Positions 1 to 64,000 of a stretch of DNA of 64,000 nt are shown one piece after another; the stretch's first letter is position 1; the number at the start of each line of letters is the position of its first letter. Location: the NCBI RefSeq assembly GCF_009914755.1, contig NC_060940.1. The stretch is one strand, 5' to 3'. The DNA comes from the human T2T-CHM13v2.0 reference genome, Homo sapiens. Position numbers and translations under genes: made by a program. The notes under the pieces are model-generated. The model searched no databases and was not told the DNA's origin. It worked only from the letters and a program-made list of their open reading frames with translations.

Positions 1-61096
<61,096 letters not shown>

Positions 61097-61329
61097 CTGT
61101 TGAGTGGGAGAAGGATCAGGAGTCAGAATCTGGCCTTGTATCTCAACAACTCCTACACTTACCAGCCACAGGACCTTGGGAAGATCACATAATCTGTCAT
61201 TTCCTCATCTGTACAATGGGAACTGCATTATAAAATGGAAGGACCCTGTCTTCCTTAAAGAACCACTGTAAGTTTCAAGTGGGAATAGCATGGAAGGTAC
61301 GTTGTTTGTGTACTGAACTGCACGCAGCT

Positions 61330-64000
<2,671 letters not shown>

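Overview
Human (or very closely related hominid) genomic DNA lying wholly inside the HYDIN gene (axonemal central-pair apparatus protein; primary ciliary dyskinesia gene), transcribed on the minus strand. By hand I resolved 18 complete coding exons plus the start of a 19th. They splice in one open frame of 3,492 nt (1,164 codons), from ISSSPLPPGP... (61096) to ...NNALIFEEHQ (window edge). By my recollection of the 86-exon transcript these are exons 42-60; that numbering is unverified. The intact exon 42 acceptor and the undeleted ER/K repeat in exon 46 favour chr16 HYDIN over the 1q21.1 duplicate HYDIN2, also from memory. The introns are repeat-dense: about 30 Alu/FLAM copies, a full-length L1PB with a perfect 14-bp TSD, a 5'-inverted L1PA3-like insertion, MLT1 and MER41-like LTRs, L2, MIR and hAT MITEs. 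I found no evidence of a new multi-gene system. The most unusual local features are (1) a ~380-bp, ~90% identical non-Alu inverted duplication in intron 43, which also has a non-canonical GC donor, and (2) a 79-bp tandem duplication that places a second, near-identical 5' splice site just downstream of exon 55.
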